NCBI RefSeq assembly: GCF_009914755.1
Contig: NC_060940.1
Length of the DNA stretch: 64,000 bases
Source of the DNA: the human T2T-CHM13v2.0 reference genome, Homo sapiens
Reading direction: 5' to 3' (one strand)
The position numbers and the translations under genes are program-made. Under the pieces are notes generated by a model. The model had not been told where the DNA came from and did not search any database. It saw only the letters and a program-made list of their open reading frames with translations. This document shows, piece after piece, positions 1-15,200 of the stretch (positions within the stretch are counted from its first letter, which is position 1; the number at the start of each line of letters is the position of its first letter).

Positions 1-2703
1 ATTTGATGATGATTCCATTCGAGTCCACTCGATGATTCCATTCGAGTCCATTTCATGAATCCATTGGTTTCAATTCTATGATGATTACATTGGATTCCAT
101 TCGTTGATGATTTCATTCGGTTCCATTCAATGATGATTCCATTCAATTCCTTTCAATGTTTCCATTCAATTCCATACGATGATGATTCCATTTGATTTGA
201 TTCGACAGTGAGCCATTCGATTCAATTCCATGATGATTCTATTTGATTCAATTGGTTGACATTTCCATTCGATTCCATTCGATGATGATTCCCTTTGATT
301 CCGTTCAAAGATGATTCCATTCTAGCCCATTCAATCATTCCATTCGATTCTATTCAATGATGATTCCATTCATGTCGATTTGGTGATTCCATTTGACTTC
401 ATTTGATGATGATTCCTTTCAAGTTCATTAGATGATTCCATTCGATTCCATTTGATGATGATCCCATTCGAGTCCATTCAGTGATTCCATTCGTTTCTAT
501 TCCATGATGATTCCATTCCTTTCCATTCAATGATTCCATTCGATTCCGTTTGATGATGATTTCATTCGAGTCCATTTGATGATTCCATTTGATTCCATTC
601 GATGATGATTCCATTCGAGTCCATTCGATGATTCTATTCGAATCCATTTGATGATTTCTTTTGATTATATTTGGTGATGATTCCATTGGAGTCCATTCAA
701 TGATTCCATTCTATTCCAATCGATGATGATTCCATTAGAGTCCATTTAATGATTCCATTTGATTCCAGTCTCTGATGATTACATTCGAGTCCATACGATG
801 ATTCTACTCAATTCCATATGATGATGATTCCATTTGATTCCATTCGGTGATTCCATTCTATTCTATTCAATGGTGATTCCATTCGAGTACATTAGATGAT
901 TCCATTCGATTCCATTCAATGATGATTCTATTTGTGTCCCTTAGATGATTCCACATGATTCCATTAGATGATGATACTATTTGAGCCCATCCAATGATTC
1001 CCTTCGATTCCATTCGATGAGGATTCCATTCGATTCAATTCATTGGTGATTCTATTCAATTCAATTCTTTGATTCCATTCCATTCCATTCGACAATGATT
1101 CCATTCGATTTCTTTCGATGATTCCACTCGATTCCACTTGACATTGATTCCATTCGATTCCATTCAATGATTCCATTTGATTCCAGTGGATGATGATTGC
1201 CATCGATTCCATTCGATCACTCCATTCTATTCCATTTGATGATGATTACATTCGATTCCATTTGATGATTCCATCTGATTCTATTCGAGGATTCCATTTG
1301 ATTCCATTCGATGATGATTCCATTCGAGTCCATTCGATGATTTCATTCGAGTACATCCAATGATTCCATTCGAGTCCATTAGATGATTCCATTTGATTCC
1401 ATTTGAAAATGATTCTACTAGAGTCCATTCAATGACTCCATTCGAGTCCATTCAACAATTCCATTCGACTCCATTCGATGATTCCATTCGATTCCATTTG
1501 ATGGTTCCATTCGAGTCCATTTAATCATTACAGTCGAGTCCATTTGGTGATTCCACTGGATTTCTTTTGATAATGATACCATTCAATTACATTTGATGAT
1601 GATCCCATTCAATTTCATTTGATGATGATTCCATTAGAGTCCATTCGATGATTTCATTCGAGTCCCTTCATTGATTCCATCCAATTTCATTGGATGATGA
1701 CTCCATTCGAGTCCATTCGATGATTCCACTCGATTCCATTAGATGACTCCATTGGAGTCCATTTGATTGTTCCATTCGATTCCATTCGATTCCTTTCGAA
1801 GATTATTCCATTTGAGTCCATTCGATGATGATTCCATTCCATTCCATTCGATGATTCCGTTTGATTCCATTCGATGATTCCCTTCGATTCCTTTCTTTGA
1901 TGATTCCATTCCATTCCATTCAATGATTCCATTCGAATCTATTCCATGATGATTCCTTTCGATTCCATTCGCTGATGTTTCCGTTCAATTCCATTCGATG
2001 ATGATTCCATTCGATTCCATTCATTGAGGATTCCATTTGATTCCATTCAATGATGATTCCATTCTATTCCATTCAATGATTGCATTCAATTCCATTCAAT
2101 GATTATCCCATTAGAGTAAACTCAACGATTCCATTCAATACCATTCGATGATGATTCCTTTTGAGTCCATTCAATGATTTCATTCAAGTCCATTTGATGA
2201 TTCCTTTCAATTCCATTCTATGATGATTCCATTCGAGTCCATTCGATGATTCCATTCGATTGCATTCGATGATTCCATTATATTCCATTCAACGGTGATT
2301 CCATTCGAGTACATTCCATGATTCCATTAGAGTACATTTAATGATTGCTTTGTTTTCAATTCGAAGATGATTACATTGGATTCCATTCTATGATACCATT
2401 CGATTCCATTCAATGATGATTCCACTCAAATCCATTGGATGATTCCATTCGTGTCCATTCGGTGATTTCATTAGATTCCATTCGAGGATGATTCCATTCG
2501 ATTCCATTCGATGATTCCATTCAATTCCATTCGATGATGATTCCATTCCAGTCCATATGATCATTCCATTTAATTTCATTCGATGATGATTCCATTCGAT
2601 TCCATTCGACGATTCCATTCTATTCCATTCGATGATGATTCCATTCGAGTCCATTCGATGATTCCATTCGAGTCCATTTAATGATTCCATTGGGTTCAAT
2701 TCA

Positions 2704-3484
2704 ATGATGATTACATTGGATTCCGTTCTATGATTCCATTCAATTCCGTTCATTGACAATTTGATTCCATTCGATGATGATTCCATTTGAGTTCATTCGA
2801 TGATTCTATTCGATTCTCTTCGATGTTGATTCAATTCTAGTATATTGGATGATTCCATTCGATTCCATTTGATGTTGATTCAATTCGATTCTATTCGATG
2901 ATGATTCCATTGGATTTCACTTGATGATTCTATTCGATTCCATTCAATGATGATTCACTTCTCGTCCATTGGATGATTCCATTTCATTCCATTCGATGAT
3001 GATTCCATTCGATTCCATTCGATGATTCCATTTGATTCCATGCGACGGTGAGCAATTCGATTCAATTCCATGATGATTCTATTTGATTCAATTAGATGAT
3101 GTTTCCATTCGAATCCATTCCATGATTATTCCATTGGAATCCATTCGGCGATGATTCCATATGAGTCAATTCAATGATGATTCCATATGGGTCCGTTCGA
3201 TGATAATTCCATTTGATTTCATTCGATGCTTCTATTCTATTCCAGTCGATGATGATTCCGTTGGAGTCCATACGATGATTCCATTTGATTTCATTTGATG
3301 ATGATTCCATTCGATGATGATTACATTGGATTCCATTCTATGATTCCATTCAATTCCATTCGTTGATGATTCGATTCCATTCAATGATGATTCCATTTGA
3401 GTTCATTCGATGATTCTATTCGATTCCGTTCGATGGTGATTCAATTCTATTATATTGGATGATTCCACTCGATTCCATTTGATG
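2704..3484 (+). repeat. Internal diverged direct repeat within the unit: ~171-bp copies at 2704-2874 and 3314-3484 (610 bp apart); recurs in every unit
   Basis: Both copies read atgatgattacattggattcc.ttctatgattccattcaattcc...ccatttgagttcattcgatgattctattcgattc...gattcaattcta.tatattggatgattcca.tcgattccatttgatg, colinear without gaps. Confidence 0.85.
3084..3094 (-). promoter_or_regulatory. Putative DUX4-type double-homeodomain site TAATTGAATCA (fits TAAYBBAATCA). Equivalent sites at 9196, 15305, 21417, 27529, 33641, 38302, 44364, 50426, 56538, 62650.
   Basis: tgattcaatta read on + at each listed position. DUX4 binding to HSATII is established; binding at these specific sites is not shown. Confidence 0.45.
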
Positions 3485-6112
3485 ATTATTCCATTGGAGT
3501 CCACTTAGTGAATCCTTTAGATTCTACTCGACGATGATTCCATTCGAGTCCATTCGATGATACCATTCAATTCCATTCGTTGATGCTTCCATTCAAGTGC
3601 ATTCGATGATATCATTCGATTCCATTTGATGATAATTCCATTTGATTCCATGCGATGATTCTATTCGATTCCATTCAATGATAATTCCATTCAATTCAGT
3701 GATTCCTCTGGACTCCATTTGATGATGATTCCATTCAATGATTCCATTCGATTCTATTCGAAAATGATTCCATTTGAATCCATTTGATGATGATTCCATT
3801 AGATTCCATTTGATGATTCCATTCGATTCCATTCGACGATGATTCCATTCGATTCCGTTTGATGATTCCATTCTATTCTATTCGATGATGATTCCATTCG
3901 ATTCCATTCGATGATGATTGGATTCGATTCCATTTGATGATTTCATTTGATTCCATTCGTTAATGATTTTGATCAATTCCATTCGATGATTCCATTCGAT
4001 TCCATTCGATAATGATTACATCCGGGTCCATTCGATGATTCCCTTTGAGCCTGTTCGATAATTCCATTTGAGTCCAACCAATGATTCCATTCATTTCCAT
4101 TCAATGATTCCATTCGAGTCCATTTGATCATTCCGGTAGGGTCCATTCGATGTTGATTCCATTGGAGTGCATTCGATGATTCCATTCGAGTCCATTTTAG
4201 GATTTGATTCGAGTCCTTTCGATGATTCCATTCGATTCCACTCGATGATGATTTCATTCGAGTCCATTCGACACTTCCAATCGATTCCATTTGATGATTC
4301 CATTCGAGTCCAATTGATGATTCCATTCAATTCCATTCGATGATGATTCCGTACGATTCCATTCTGTGATGATTCCATGTGATTGCATTCAATGATGATT
4401 CCTTTCGATTGCATTCGATTATGATTCATTTCGTGTTCATTCTATGGTTCCACAGGTTTCCATTCGTGTCCATTCCATTATTCCATTCTATTCCATTTGA
4501 TGATGATTCCATTCGATTCCATTCATTGGTGATTCCACTCAATTCCATTCAATGATTCCATTCCATTTCTTTCAACAATGATTCCATTAGTTTCTAATCG
4601 ATGATCCACTTGATTCCATTTGACGACGATTCCATTCTTGTCCATTCGATGATTCCATTTGATTCCATATGATGATGATTCCATTCGATTCCATACCATG
4701 ATGATTCCATTCGAGTCCATTCAATGGTGATTCCATTCAATTCCATTCGATGATTCCTTTTGATTCCATTCGATGATGATGGCATTCGATTCCTTTCAAT
4801 CATTCCCTTTGATTCCATTCAAAGGTGATTTCATTCAAGTCCATTCGATAATTGCATTCGATTCCATTCTATGATGATTCCATTCGAGTCCATTTGATGA
4901 TTCCATTCAATTCAAGTCAATGATGATTCCATTCGATTCCATTCGATGATTCCATTGGATTCCATTCGGTGATGATTCCATTCAAATCCATTCGATAATT
5001 CAATTCAAGTCCATTCGATGATGATTCCAATCGAATCCATTCAAAGATTCCATTCAGTTCCATTCGATGATTCCCTTAGATTCCATTAGATGATCCAACT
5101 TGATTGCATTTACGATGATTCCATTCGATTCCATGTGATGATTCCATTCAATTCTATTCAATGATGTCTCCATTTGATTCCATTCGACCATGATTGCCTT
5201 TGATTCCATTCAATGATTCCATTCGGTTCCGTTTGATGATGATTCCGTTCGATTCCATTTGATGATTCCATTTGATTCCATTGGATGAGTCCATTCGATT
5301 ACATTCGATGATTATTCCATTCGAGTGCATTAGATGATTCCATTCGAGTCCATTCGATGATTCCATTCGATTCCATTCGATGTTGATTCTGTTCAAATCC
5401 ATTCGATGATTCCACTCGATTCCATTCGTTGACTCCATTTGATCCCATTTGATGATTTCCTTTGATTCCCTTTGATGATCATTCCATTTGATTCAATTCG
5501 GTGATTTCATTTGATTCCATTCAGTGATGTTTCCATTCGACTCCATTCGATGATGATTCCATTCGACTCCATTCGATTATGATTTCATTCAATTCCATTC
5601 GATAATGATTCCCTTCGAGTCCATTCGATGATTCCATTCGATTCCATTCAACGATGATTTGATTCGTGTCCATTCGATGATTCCATTTGATTCCACTTGA
5701 TGATGATTCCATTCGAGTCCATTTGATGATTCCATTCAATTCCATACTCCGATGATTTCTTTTGAGCCCACTCAATGCTTCCACTCGATTCCATATGATG
5801 ATGACTCCATTCGATGAAATTCGATGATGATTCCATTCGCTTGCTTTCGATGATGATTCCACTTGAGTCCGTTAGAAGATTCTATTCAATTACATTCCAG
5901 GACGATTCCGTTCGAGTCCATTTGATGATTCCATTAGACTCCATTCGACGATGATTCCATTCGATGTTATTCGATGATTCCATTCGATCTCATTCGATGA
6001 TGATTCCATTCAACTCCATTCGATGTTTCCATTCGAGTTCATTCTATTATTCCATTAGATTCCATTCGATGATGATTCCATTCGATTCCATTTGATGATT
6101 GCATTCTATTTC

Positions 6113-9100
6113 ATTTGATGATGATTCCATTCGAGTCCACTCGATGATTCCATTCGAGTCCATTTAATGAATCCATTGGTTTCAATTCTATGATGATTAC
6201 ATTGGATTCCATTCGTTGATGATTTCATTCGGTTCCATTCAATGATGATTCCATTCAATTCCTTTCAATGTTTCCATTCAATTCCATACGATGATGATTC
6301 CATTTGATTTGATTCGACAGTGAGCCATTCGATTCAATTCCATGATGATTCTATTTGATTCAATTGGTTGACATTTCCATTCGATTCCATTCGATGATGA
6401 TTCCCTTTGATTCCGTTCAAAGATGATTCCATTCTAGCCCATTCAATCATTCCATTCGATTCTATTCAATGATGATTCCATTCATGTCGATTTGGTGATT
6501 CCATTTGACTTCATTTGATGATGATTCCTTTCAAGTTCATTAGATGATTCCATTCGATTCCATTTGATGATGATCCCATTCGAGTCCATTCAGTGATTCC
6601 ATTCGTTTCCATTCCATGATGATTCCATTCCTTTCCATTCAATGATTCCATTCGATTCCGTTTGATGATGATTTCATTCGAGTCCATTTGATGATTCCAT
6701 TTGATTCCATTCGATGATGATTCCATTCGAGTCCATTCGATGATTCTATTCGAATCCATTTGATGATTTCTTTTGATTATATTTGGTGATGATTCCATTG
6801 GAGTCCATTCAATGATTCCATTCTATTCCAATCGATGATGATTCCATTAGAGTCCATTTAATGATTCCATTTGATTCCAGTCTCTGATGATTACATTCGA
6901 GTCCATACGATGATTCCACTCAATTCCATATGATGATGATTCCATTTGATTCCATTCGGTGATTCCGTTCTATTCTATTCAATGGTGATTCCATTCGAGT
7001 ACATTAGATGATTCCATTCGATTCCATTCAATGATGATTCTATTTGTGTCCCTTAGATGATTCCACATGATTCCATTAGATGATGATACTATTTGAGCCC
7101 ATCCAATGATTCCCTTCGATTCCATTCGATGAGGATTCCATTCGATTCAATTCATTGGTGATTCTATTCAATTCAATTCTTTGATTCCATTCCATTCCAT
7201 TCGACAATGATTCCATTCGATTTCTTTCGATGATTCCACTCGATTCCACTTGACATTGATTCCATTCGATTCCATTCAATGATTCCATTTGATTCCAGTG
7301 GATGATGATTGCCATCGATTCCATTCGATCACTCCATTCTATTCCATTTGATGATGATTACATTCGATTCCATTTGATGATTCCATCTGATTCTATTCGA
7401 GGATTCCATTTGATTCCATTCGATGATGATTCCATTCGAGTCCATTCGATGATTTCATTCGAGTACATCCAATGATTCCATTCGAGTCCATTAGATGATT
7501 CCATTTGATTCCATTTGATAATGATTCTACTAGAGTCCATTCAATGACTCCATTCGAGTCCATTCAACAGTTCCATTCGACTCCATTCGATGATTCCATT
7601 CGATTCCATTTGATGGTTCCATTCGAGTCCATTTAATCATTACAGTCGAGTCCATTTGGTGATTCCACTGGATTTCTTTTGATAATGATACCATTCAATT
7701 ACATTTGATGATGATCCCATTCAATTTCATTTGATGATGATTCCATTAGAGTCCATTCGATGATTTCATTCGAGTCCCTTCATTGATTCCATCCGATTTC
7801 ATTGGATGATGACTCCATTCGAGTCCATTCGATGATTCCACTCGATTCCATTAGATGACTCCATTGGAGTCCATTTGATTGTTCCATTCGATTCCATTCG
7901 ATTCCTTTCGAAGATTATTCCATTTGAGTCCATTCGATGATGATTCCATTCCATTCCATTCGATGATTCCGTTTGATTCCATTCGATGATTCCCTTCGAT
8001 TCCTTTCTTTGATGATTCCATTCCATTCCATTCAATGATTCCATTCGAATCTATTCCATGATGATTCCTTTCGATTCCATTCGCTGATGTTTCCGTTCAA
8101 TTCCATTCGATGATGATTCCATTCGATTCCATTCATTGAGGATTCCATTTGATTCCATTCAATGATGATTCCATTCTATTCCATTCAATGATTGCATTCA
8201 ATTCCATTCAATGATTATCCCCTTAGAGTAAACTCAACGATTCCATTCAATACCATTCGATGATGATTCCTTTTGAGTCCATTCAATGATTTCATTCAAG
8301 TCCATTTGATGATTCCTTTCAATTCCATTCTATGATGATTCCATTCGAGTCCATTCGATGATTCCATTCGATTGCATTCGATGATTCCATTATATTCCAT
8401 TCAACGGTGATTCCATTCGAGTCCATTCCATGATTCCATTAGAGTACATTTAATGATTGCTTTGTTTTCAATTCGAAGATGATTACATTGGATTCCATTC
8501 TATGATACCATTCGATTCCATTCAATGATGATTCCACTCAAATCCATTGGATGATTCCATTCGTGTCCATTCGGTGATTTCATTAGATTCCATTCGAGGA
8601 TGATTCCATTCGATTCCATTCGATGATTCCATTCAATTCCATTCGATGATGATTCCATTCCAGTCCATATGATCATTCCATTTGATTTCATTCGATGATG
8701 ATTCCATTCGATTCCATTCGACGATTCCATTCTATTCCATTCGATGATGATTCCATTCGAGTCCATTCGATGATTCCATTCGAGTCCATTTAATGATTCC
8801 ATTGGGTTCAATTCAATGATGATTACATTGGATTCCGTTCTATGATTCCATTCAACTCCGTTCATTGACAATTTGATTCCATTCGATGATGATTCCATTT
8901 GAGTTCATTCGATGATTCTATTCGATTCTCTTCGATGGTGATTCAATTCTATTATATTGGATGATTCCATTCGATTCCATTTGATGTTGATTCAATTCGA
9001 TTCTATTCGATGATGATTCCATTGGATTTCACTTGATGATTCTATTCGATTCCATTCAATGATGATTCACTTCTCGTCCATTGGATGATTCCATTTCATT

Positions 9101-12100
9101 CCATTCGATGATGATTCCATTCGATTCCATTCGATGATTCCTTTTGATTCCATGCGACGGTGAGCAATTCGATTCAATTCCATGATGATTCTATTTGATT
9201 CAATTAGATGATGTTTCCATTCGAATCCATTCCATGATTATTCCATTGGAATCCATTCGGCGATGATTCCATATGAGTCAATTCAATGATGATTCCATAT
9301 GGGTCCGTTCGATGATAATTCCATTTGATTTCATTCGATGCTTCTATTCTATTCCAGTCGATGATGATTCCGTTGGAGTCCATACGATGATTCCATTTGA
9401 TTTCATTTGATGATGATTCCATTCGATGATGATTACATTGGATTCCATTCTATGATTCCATTCAATTCCATTCGTTGATGATTCGATTCCATTCAATGAT
9501 GATTCCATTTGAGTTCATTCGATGATTCTATTCGATTCCGTTCGATGGTGATTCAATTCTATTATATTGGATGATTCCACTCGATTCCATTTGATGATTA
9601 TTCCATTGGAGTCCACTTAGTGAATCCTTTAGATTCTACTCGACGATGATTCCATTCGAGTCCATTCGATGATACCATTCAATTCCATTCGTTGATGCTT
9701 CCATTCAAGTGCATTCGATGATATCATTCGATTCCATTTGATGATAATTCCATTTGATTCCATGCGATGATTCTATTCGATTCCATTCAATGATAATTCC
9801 ATTCAATTCAGTGATTCCTCTGGACTCCATTTGATGATGATTCCATTCAATGATTCCATTCGATTCTATTCGAAAATGATTCCATTTGAATCCATTTGAT
9901 GATGATTCCATTAGATTCCATTTGATGATTCCATTCGATTCCATTCGACGATGATTCCATTCGATTCCGTTTGATGATTCCATTCTATTCTATTCGATGA
10001 TGATTCCATTCGATTCCATTCGATGATGATTGGATTCGATTCCATTTGATGATTTCATTTGATTCCATTCGTTAATGATTTCGATCAATTCCATTCGATG
10101 ATTCCATTCGATTCCATTCGATAATGATTACATCCGGGTCCATTCGATGATTCCCTTTGAGCCTGTTCGATAATTCCATTTGAGTCCAACCAATGATTCC
10201 ATTCATTTCCATTCAATGATTCCATTCGAGTCCATTTGATCATTCCGGTAGGGTCCATTCGATGTTGATTCCATTGGAGTGCATTCGATGATTCCATTCG
10301 AGTCCATTTTAGGATTTGATTCGAGTCCTTTCGATGATTCCATTCGATTCCACTCGATGATGATTTCATTCGAGTCCATTCGACACTTCCAATCGATTCC
10401 ATTTGATGATTCCATTCGAGTCCAATTGATGATTCCATTCAATTCCATTCGATGATGATTCCGTACGATTCCATTCTGTGATGATTCCATGTGATTGCAT
10501 TCAATGATGATTCCTTTCGATTGCATTCGATTATGATTCATTTCGTGTTCATTCTATGGTTCCACAGGTTTCCATTCGTGTCCATTCCATTATTCCATTC
10601 TATTCCATTTGATGATGATTCCATTCGATTCCATTCATTGGTGATTCCACTCAATTCCATTCAATGATTCCATTCCATTTCTTTCAACAATGATTCCATT
10701 AGTTTCTAATCGATGATCCACTTGATTCCATTTGACGACGATTCCATTCTTGTCCATTCGATGATTCCATTTGATTCCATATGATGATGATTCCATTCGA
10801 TTCCATACCATGATGATTCCATTCGAGTCCATTCAATGGTGATTCCATTCAATTCCATTCGATGATTCCTTTCGATTCCATTCGATGATGATGGCATTCG
10901 ATTCCTTTCAATCATTCCCTTTGATTCCATTCAAAGGTGATTTCATTCAAGTCCATTCGATAATTGCATTCGATTCCATTCTATGATGATTCCATTCGAG
11001 TCCATTTGATGATTCCATTCAATTCAAGTCAATGATGATTCCATTCGATTCCATTCGATGATTCCATTGGATTCCATTCGGTGATGATTCCATTCAAATC
11101 CATTCGATAATTCAATTCAAGTCCATTCGATGATGATTCCAATCGAATCCATTCAAAGATTCCATTCAGTTCCATTCGATGATTCCCTTAGATTCCATTA
11201 GATGATCCAACTTGATTGCATTTACGATGATTCCATTCGATTCCATGTGATGATTCCATTCAATTCTATTCAATGATGTCTCCATTTGATTCCATTCGAC
11301 CATGATTGCCTTTGATTCCATTCAATGATTCCATTCGGTTCCGTTTGATGATGATTCCGTTCGATTCCATTTGATGATTCCATTTGATTCCATTGGATGA
11401 GTCCATTCGATTACATTCGATGATTATTCCATTCGAGTGCATTAGATGATTCCATTCGAGTCCATTCGATGATTCCATTCGATTCCATTCGATGTTGATT
11501 CTGTTCAAATCCATTCGATGATTCCACTCGATTCCATTCGTTGACTCCATTTGATCCCATTTGATGATTTCCTTTGATTCCCTTTGATGATCATTCCATT
11601 TGATTCAATTCGGTGATTTCATTTGATTCCATTCAGTGATGTTTCCATTCGACTCCATTCGATGATGATTCCATTCGACTCCATTCGATTATGATTTCAT
11701 TCAATTCCATTCGATAATGATTCCCTTCGAGTCCATTCGATGATTCCATTCGATTCCATTCAACGATGATTTGATTCGTGTCCATTCGATGATTCCATTT
11801 GATTCCACTTGATGATGATTCCATTCGAGTCCATTTGATGATTCCATTCAATTCCATACTCCGATGATTTCTTTTGAGCCCACTCAATGCTTCCACTCGA
11901 TTCCATATGATGATGACTCCATTCGATGAAATTCGATGATGATTCCATTCGCTTGCTTTCGATGATGATTCCACTTGAGTCCGTTAGAAGATTCTATTCA
12001 ATTACATTCCAGGACGATTCCGTTCGAGTCCATTTGATGATTCCATTAGACTCCATTCGACGATGATTCCATTCGATGTTATTCGATGATTCCATTCGAT

Positions 12101-12224
12101 CTCATTCGATGATGATTCCATTCAACTCCATTCGATGTTTCCATTCGAGTTCATTCTATTATTCCATTAGATTCCATTCGATGATGATTCCATTCGATTC
12201 CATTTGATGATTGCATTCTATTTC
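6113..12224 (+). repeat. Higher-order unit U2 (6,112 bp)
   Basis: ORF 399->6511->12623, each +6112. Confidence 0.93.
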
Positions 12225-15200
12225 ATTTGATGATGATTCCATTCGAGTCCACTCGATGATTCCATTCGAGTCCATTTAATGAATCCATTGGTTTCAATTC
12301 TATGATGATTACATTGGATTCCATTCGTTGATGATTTCATTCGGCTCCATTCAATGATGATTCCATTCAATTCCTTTCAATGTTTCCATTCAATTCCATA
12401 CGATGATGATTCCATTTGATTTGATTCGACAGTGAGCCATTCGATTCAATTCCATGATGATTCTATTTGATTCAATTGGTTGACATTTCCATTCGATTCC
12501 ATTCGATGATGATTCCCTTTGATTCCGTTCAAAGATGATTCCATTCTAGCCCATTCAATCATTCCATTCGATTCTATTCAATGATGATTCCATTCATGTC
12601 GATTTGGTGATTCCATTTGACTTCATTTGATGATGATTCCTTTCAAGTTCATTAGATGATTCCATTCGATTCCATTTGATGATGATCCCATTCGAGTCCA
12701 TTCAGTGATTCCATTCGTTTCCATTCCATGATTCCATTCCTTTCCATTCAATGATTCCATTCGATTCCGTTTGATGATGATTTCATTCGAGTCCATTTGA
12801 TGATTCCATTTGATTCCATTCGATGATGATTCCATTCGAGTCCATTCGATGATTCTATTCGAATCCATTTGATGATTTCTTTTGATTATATTTGGTGATT
12901 ATTCCATTGGAGTCCATTTAATGATTCCATTCTATTCCAATCGATGATGATTCCATTAGAGTCCATTTAATGATTCCATTTGATTCCAGTCTCTGATGAT
13001 TACATTCGAGTCCATACGATGATTCCACTCAATTCCATATGATGATGATTCCATTTGATTCCATTCGGTGATTCCGTTCTATTCTATTCAATGGTGATTC
13101 CATTCGAGTACATTAGATGATTCCATTCGATTCCATTCAATGATGATTCTATTTGTGTCCCTTAGATGATTCCACATGATTCCATTAGATGATGATACTA
13201 TTTGAGCCCATCCAATGATTCCCTTCGATTCCATTCGATGAGGATTCCATTCGATTCAATTCATTGGTGATTCTATTCAATTCAATTCTTTGATTCCATT
13301 CCATTCCATTCGACAATGATTCCATTCGATTTCTTTCGATGATTCCACTCGATTCCACTTGACATTGATTCCATTCGATTCCATTCAATGATTCCATTTG
13401 ATTCCAGTGGATGATGATTGCCATCGATTCCATTCGATCACTCCATTCTATTCCATTTGATGATGATTACATTCGATTCCATTTGATGATTCCATCTGAT
13501 TCTATTCGAGGATTCCATTTGATTCCATTCGATGATGATTCCATTCGAGTCCATTCGATGATTTCATTCGAGTACATCCAATGATTCCATTCGAGTCCAT
13601 TAGATGATTCCATTTGATTCCATTTGAAAATGATTCTACTAGAGTCCATTCAATGACTCCATTCGAGTCCATTCAACAGTTCCATTCGACTACATTCGAT
13701 GATTCCATTCGATTCCATTTGATGGTTCCATTCGAGTCCATTTAATCATTACAGTCGAGTCCATTTGGTGATTCCACTGGATTTCTTTTGATAATGATAC
13801 CATTCAATTACATTTGATGATGATCCCATTCAATTTCATTTGATGATGATTCCATTAGAGTCCATTCGATGATTTCATTCGAGTCCCTTCATTGATTCCA
13901 TCCGATTTCATTGGATGATGACTCCATTCGAGTCCATTCGATGATTCCACTCGATTCCATTAGATGACTCCATTGGAGTCCATTTGATTGTTCCATTCGA
14001 TTCCATTCGATTCCTTTCGAAGATTATTCCATTTGAGTCCATTCGATGATGATTCCATTCCATTCCATTCGATGATTCCGTTTGATTCCATTCGATGATT
14101 CCCTTCGATTCCTTTCTTTGATGATTCCATTCCATTCCATTCAATGATTCCATTCGAATCTATTCCATGATGATTCCTTTCGATTCCATTCGCTGATGTT
14201 TCCGTTCAATTCCATTCGATGATGATTCCATTCGATTCCATTCATTGAGGATTCCATTTGATTCCATTCAATGATGATTCCATTCTATTCCATTCAATGA
14301 TTGCATTCAATTCCATTCAATGATTATCCCCTTAGAGTAAACTCAACGATTCCATTCAATACCATTCGATGATGATTCCTTTTGAGTCCATTCAATGATT
14401 TCATTCAAGTCCATTTGATGATTCCTTTCAATTCCATTCTATGATGATTCCATTCGAGTCCATTCGATGATTCCATTCGATTGCATTCGATGATTCCATT
14501 ATATTCCATTCAACGGTGATTCCATTCGAGTCCATTCCATGATTCCATTAGAGTACATTTAATGATTGCTTTGTTTTCAATTCGAAGATGATTACATTGG
14601 ATTCCATTCTATGATACCATTCGATTCCATTCAATGATGATTCCACTCAAATCCATTGGATGATTCCATTCGTGTCCATTCGGTGATTTCATTAGATTCC
14701 ATTCGAGGATGATTCCATTCGATTCCATTCGATGATTCCATTCAATTCCATTCGATGATGATTCCATTCCAGTCCATATGATCATTCCATTTGATTTCAT
14801 TCGATGATGATTCCATTCGATTCCATTCGACGATTCCATTCTATTCCATTCGATGATGATTCCATTCGAGTCCATTCGATGATTCCATTCGAGTCCATTT
14901 AATGATTCCATTGGGTTCAATTCAATGATGATTACATTGGATTCCGTTCTATGATTCCATTCAACTCCGTTCATTGACAATTTGATTCCATTCGATGATG
15001 ATTCCATTTGAGTTCATTCGATGATTCTATTCGATTCTCTTCGATGGTGATTCAATTCTATTATATTGGATGATTCCATTCGATTCCATTTGATGTTGAT
15101 TCAATTCGATTCTATTCGATGATGATTCCATTGGATTTCACTTGATGATTCTATTCGATTCCATTCAATGATGATTCACTTCTCGTCCATTGGATGATTC

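Larger units (their letters stand above)
1..6112 (+). repeat. Higher-order unit U1 (6,112 bp, reference phase)
   Basis: The opening string atttgatgatgattccattcgagtccactc recurs at 6113; ORF offsets to the next unit are +6112. Confidence 0.93.

Noticed and set aside
12721-12740. 3-bp GAT deletion in U3
   Set aside because: An ordinary slippage event converting a 26-bp subunit to 23 bp; recorded only in the unit annotation.
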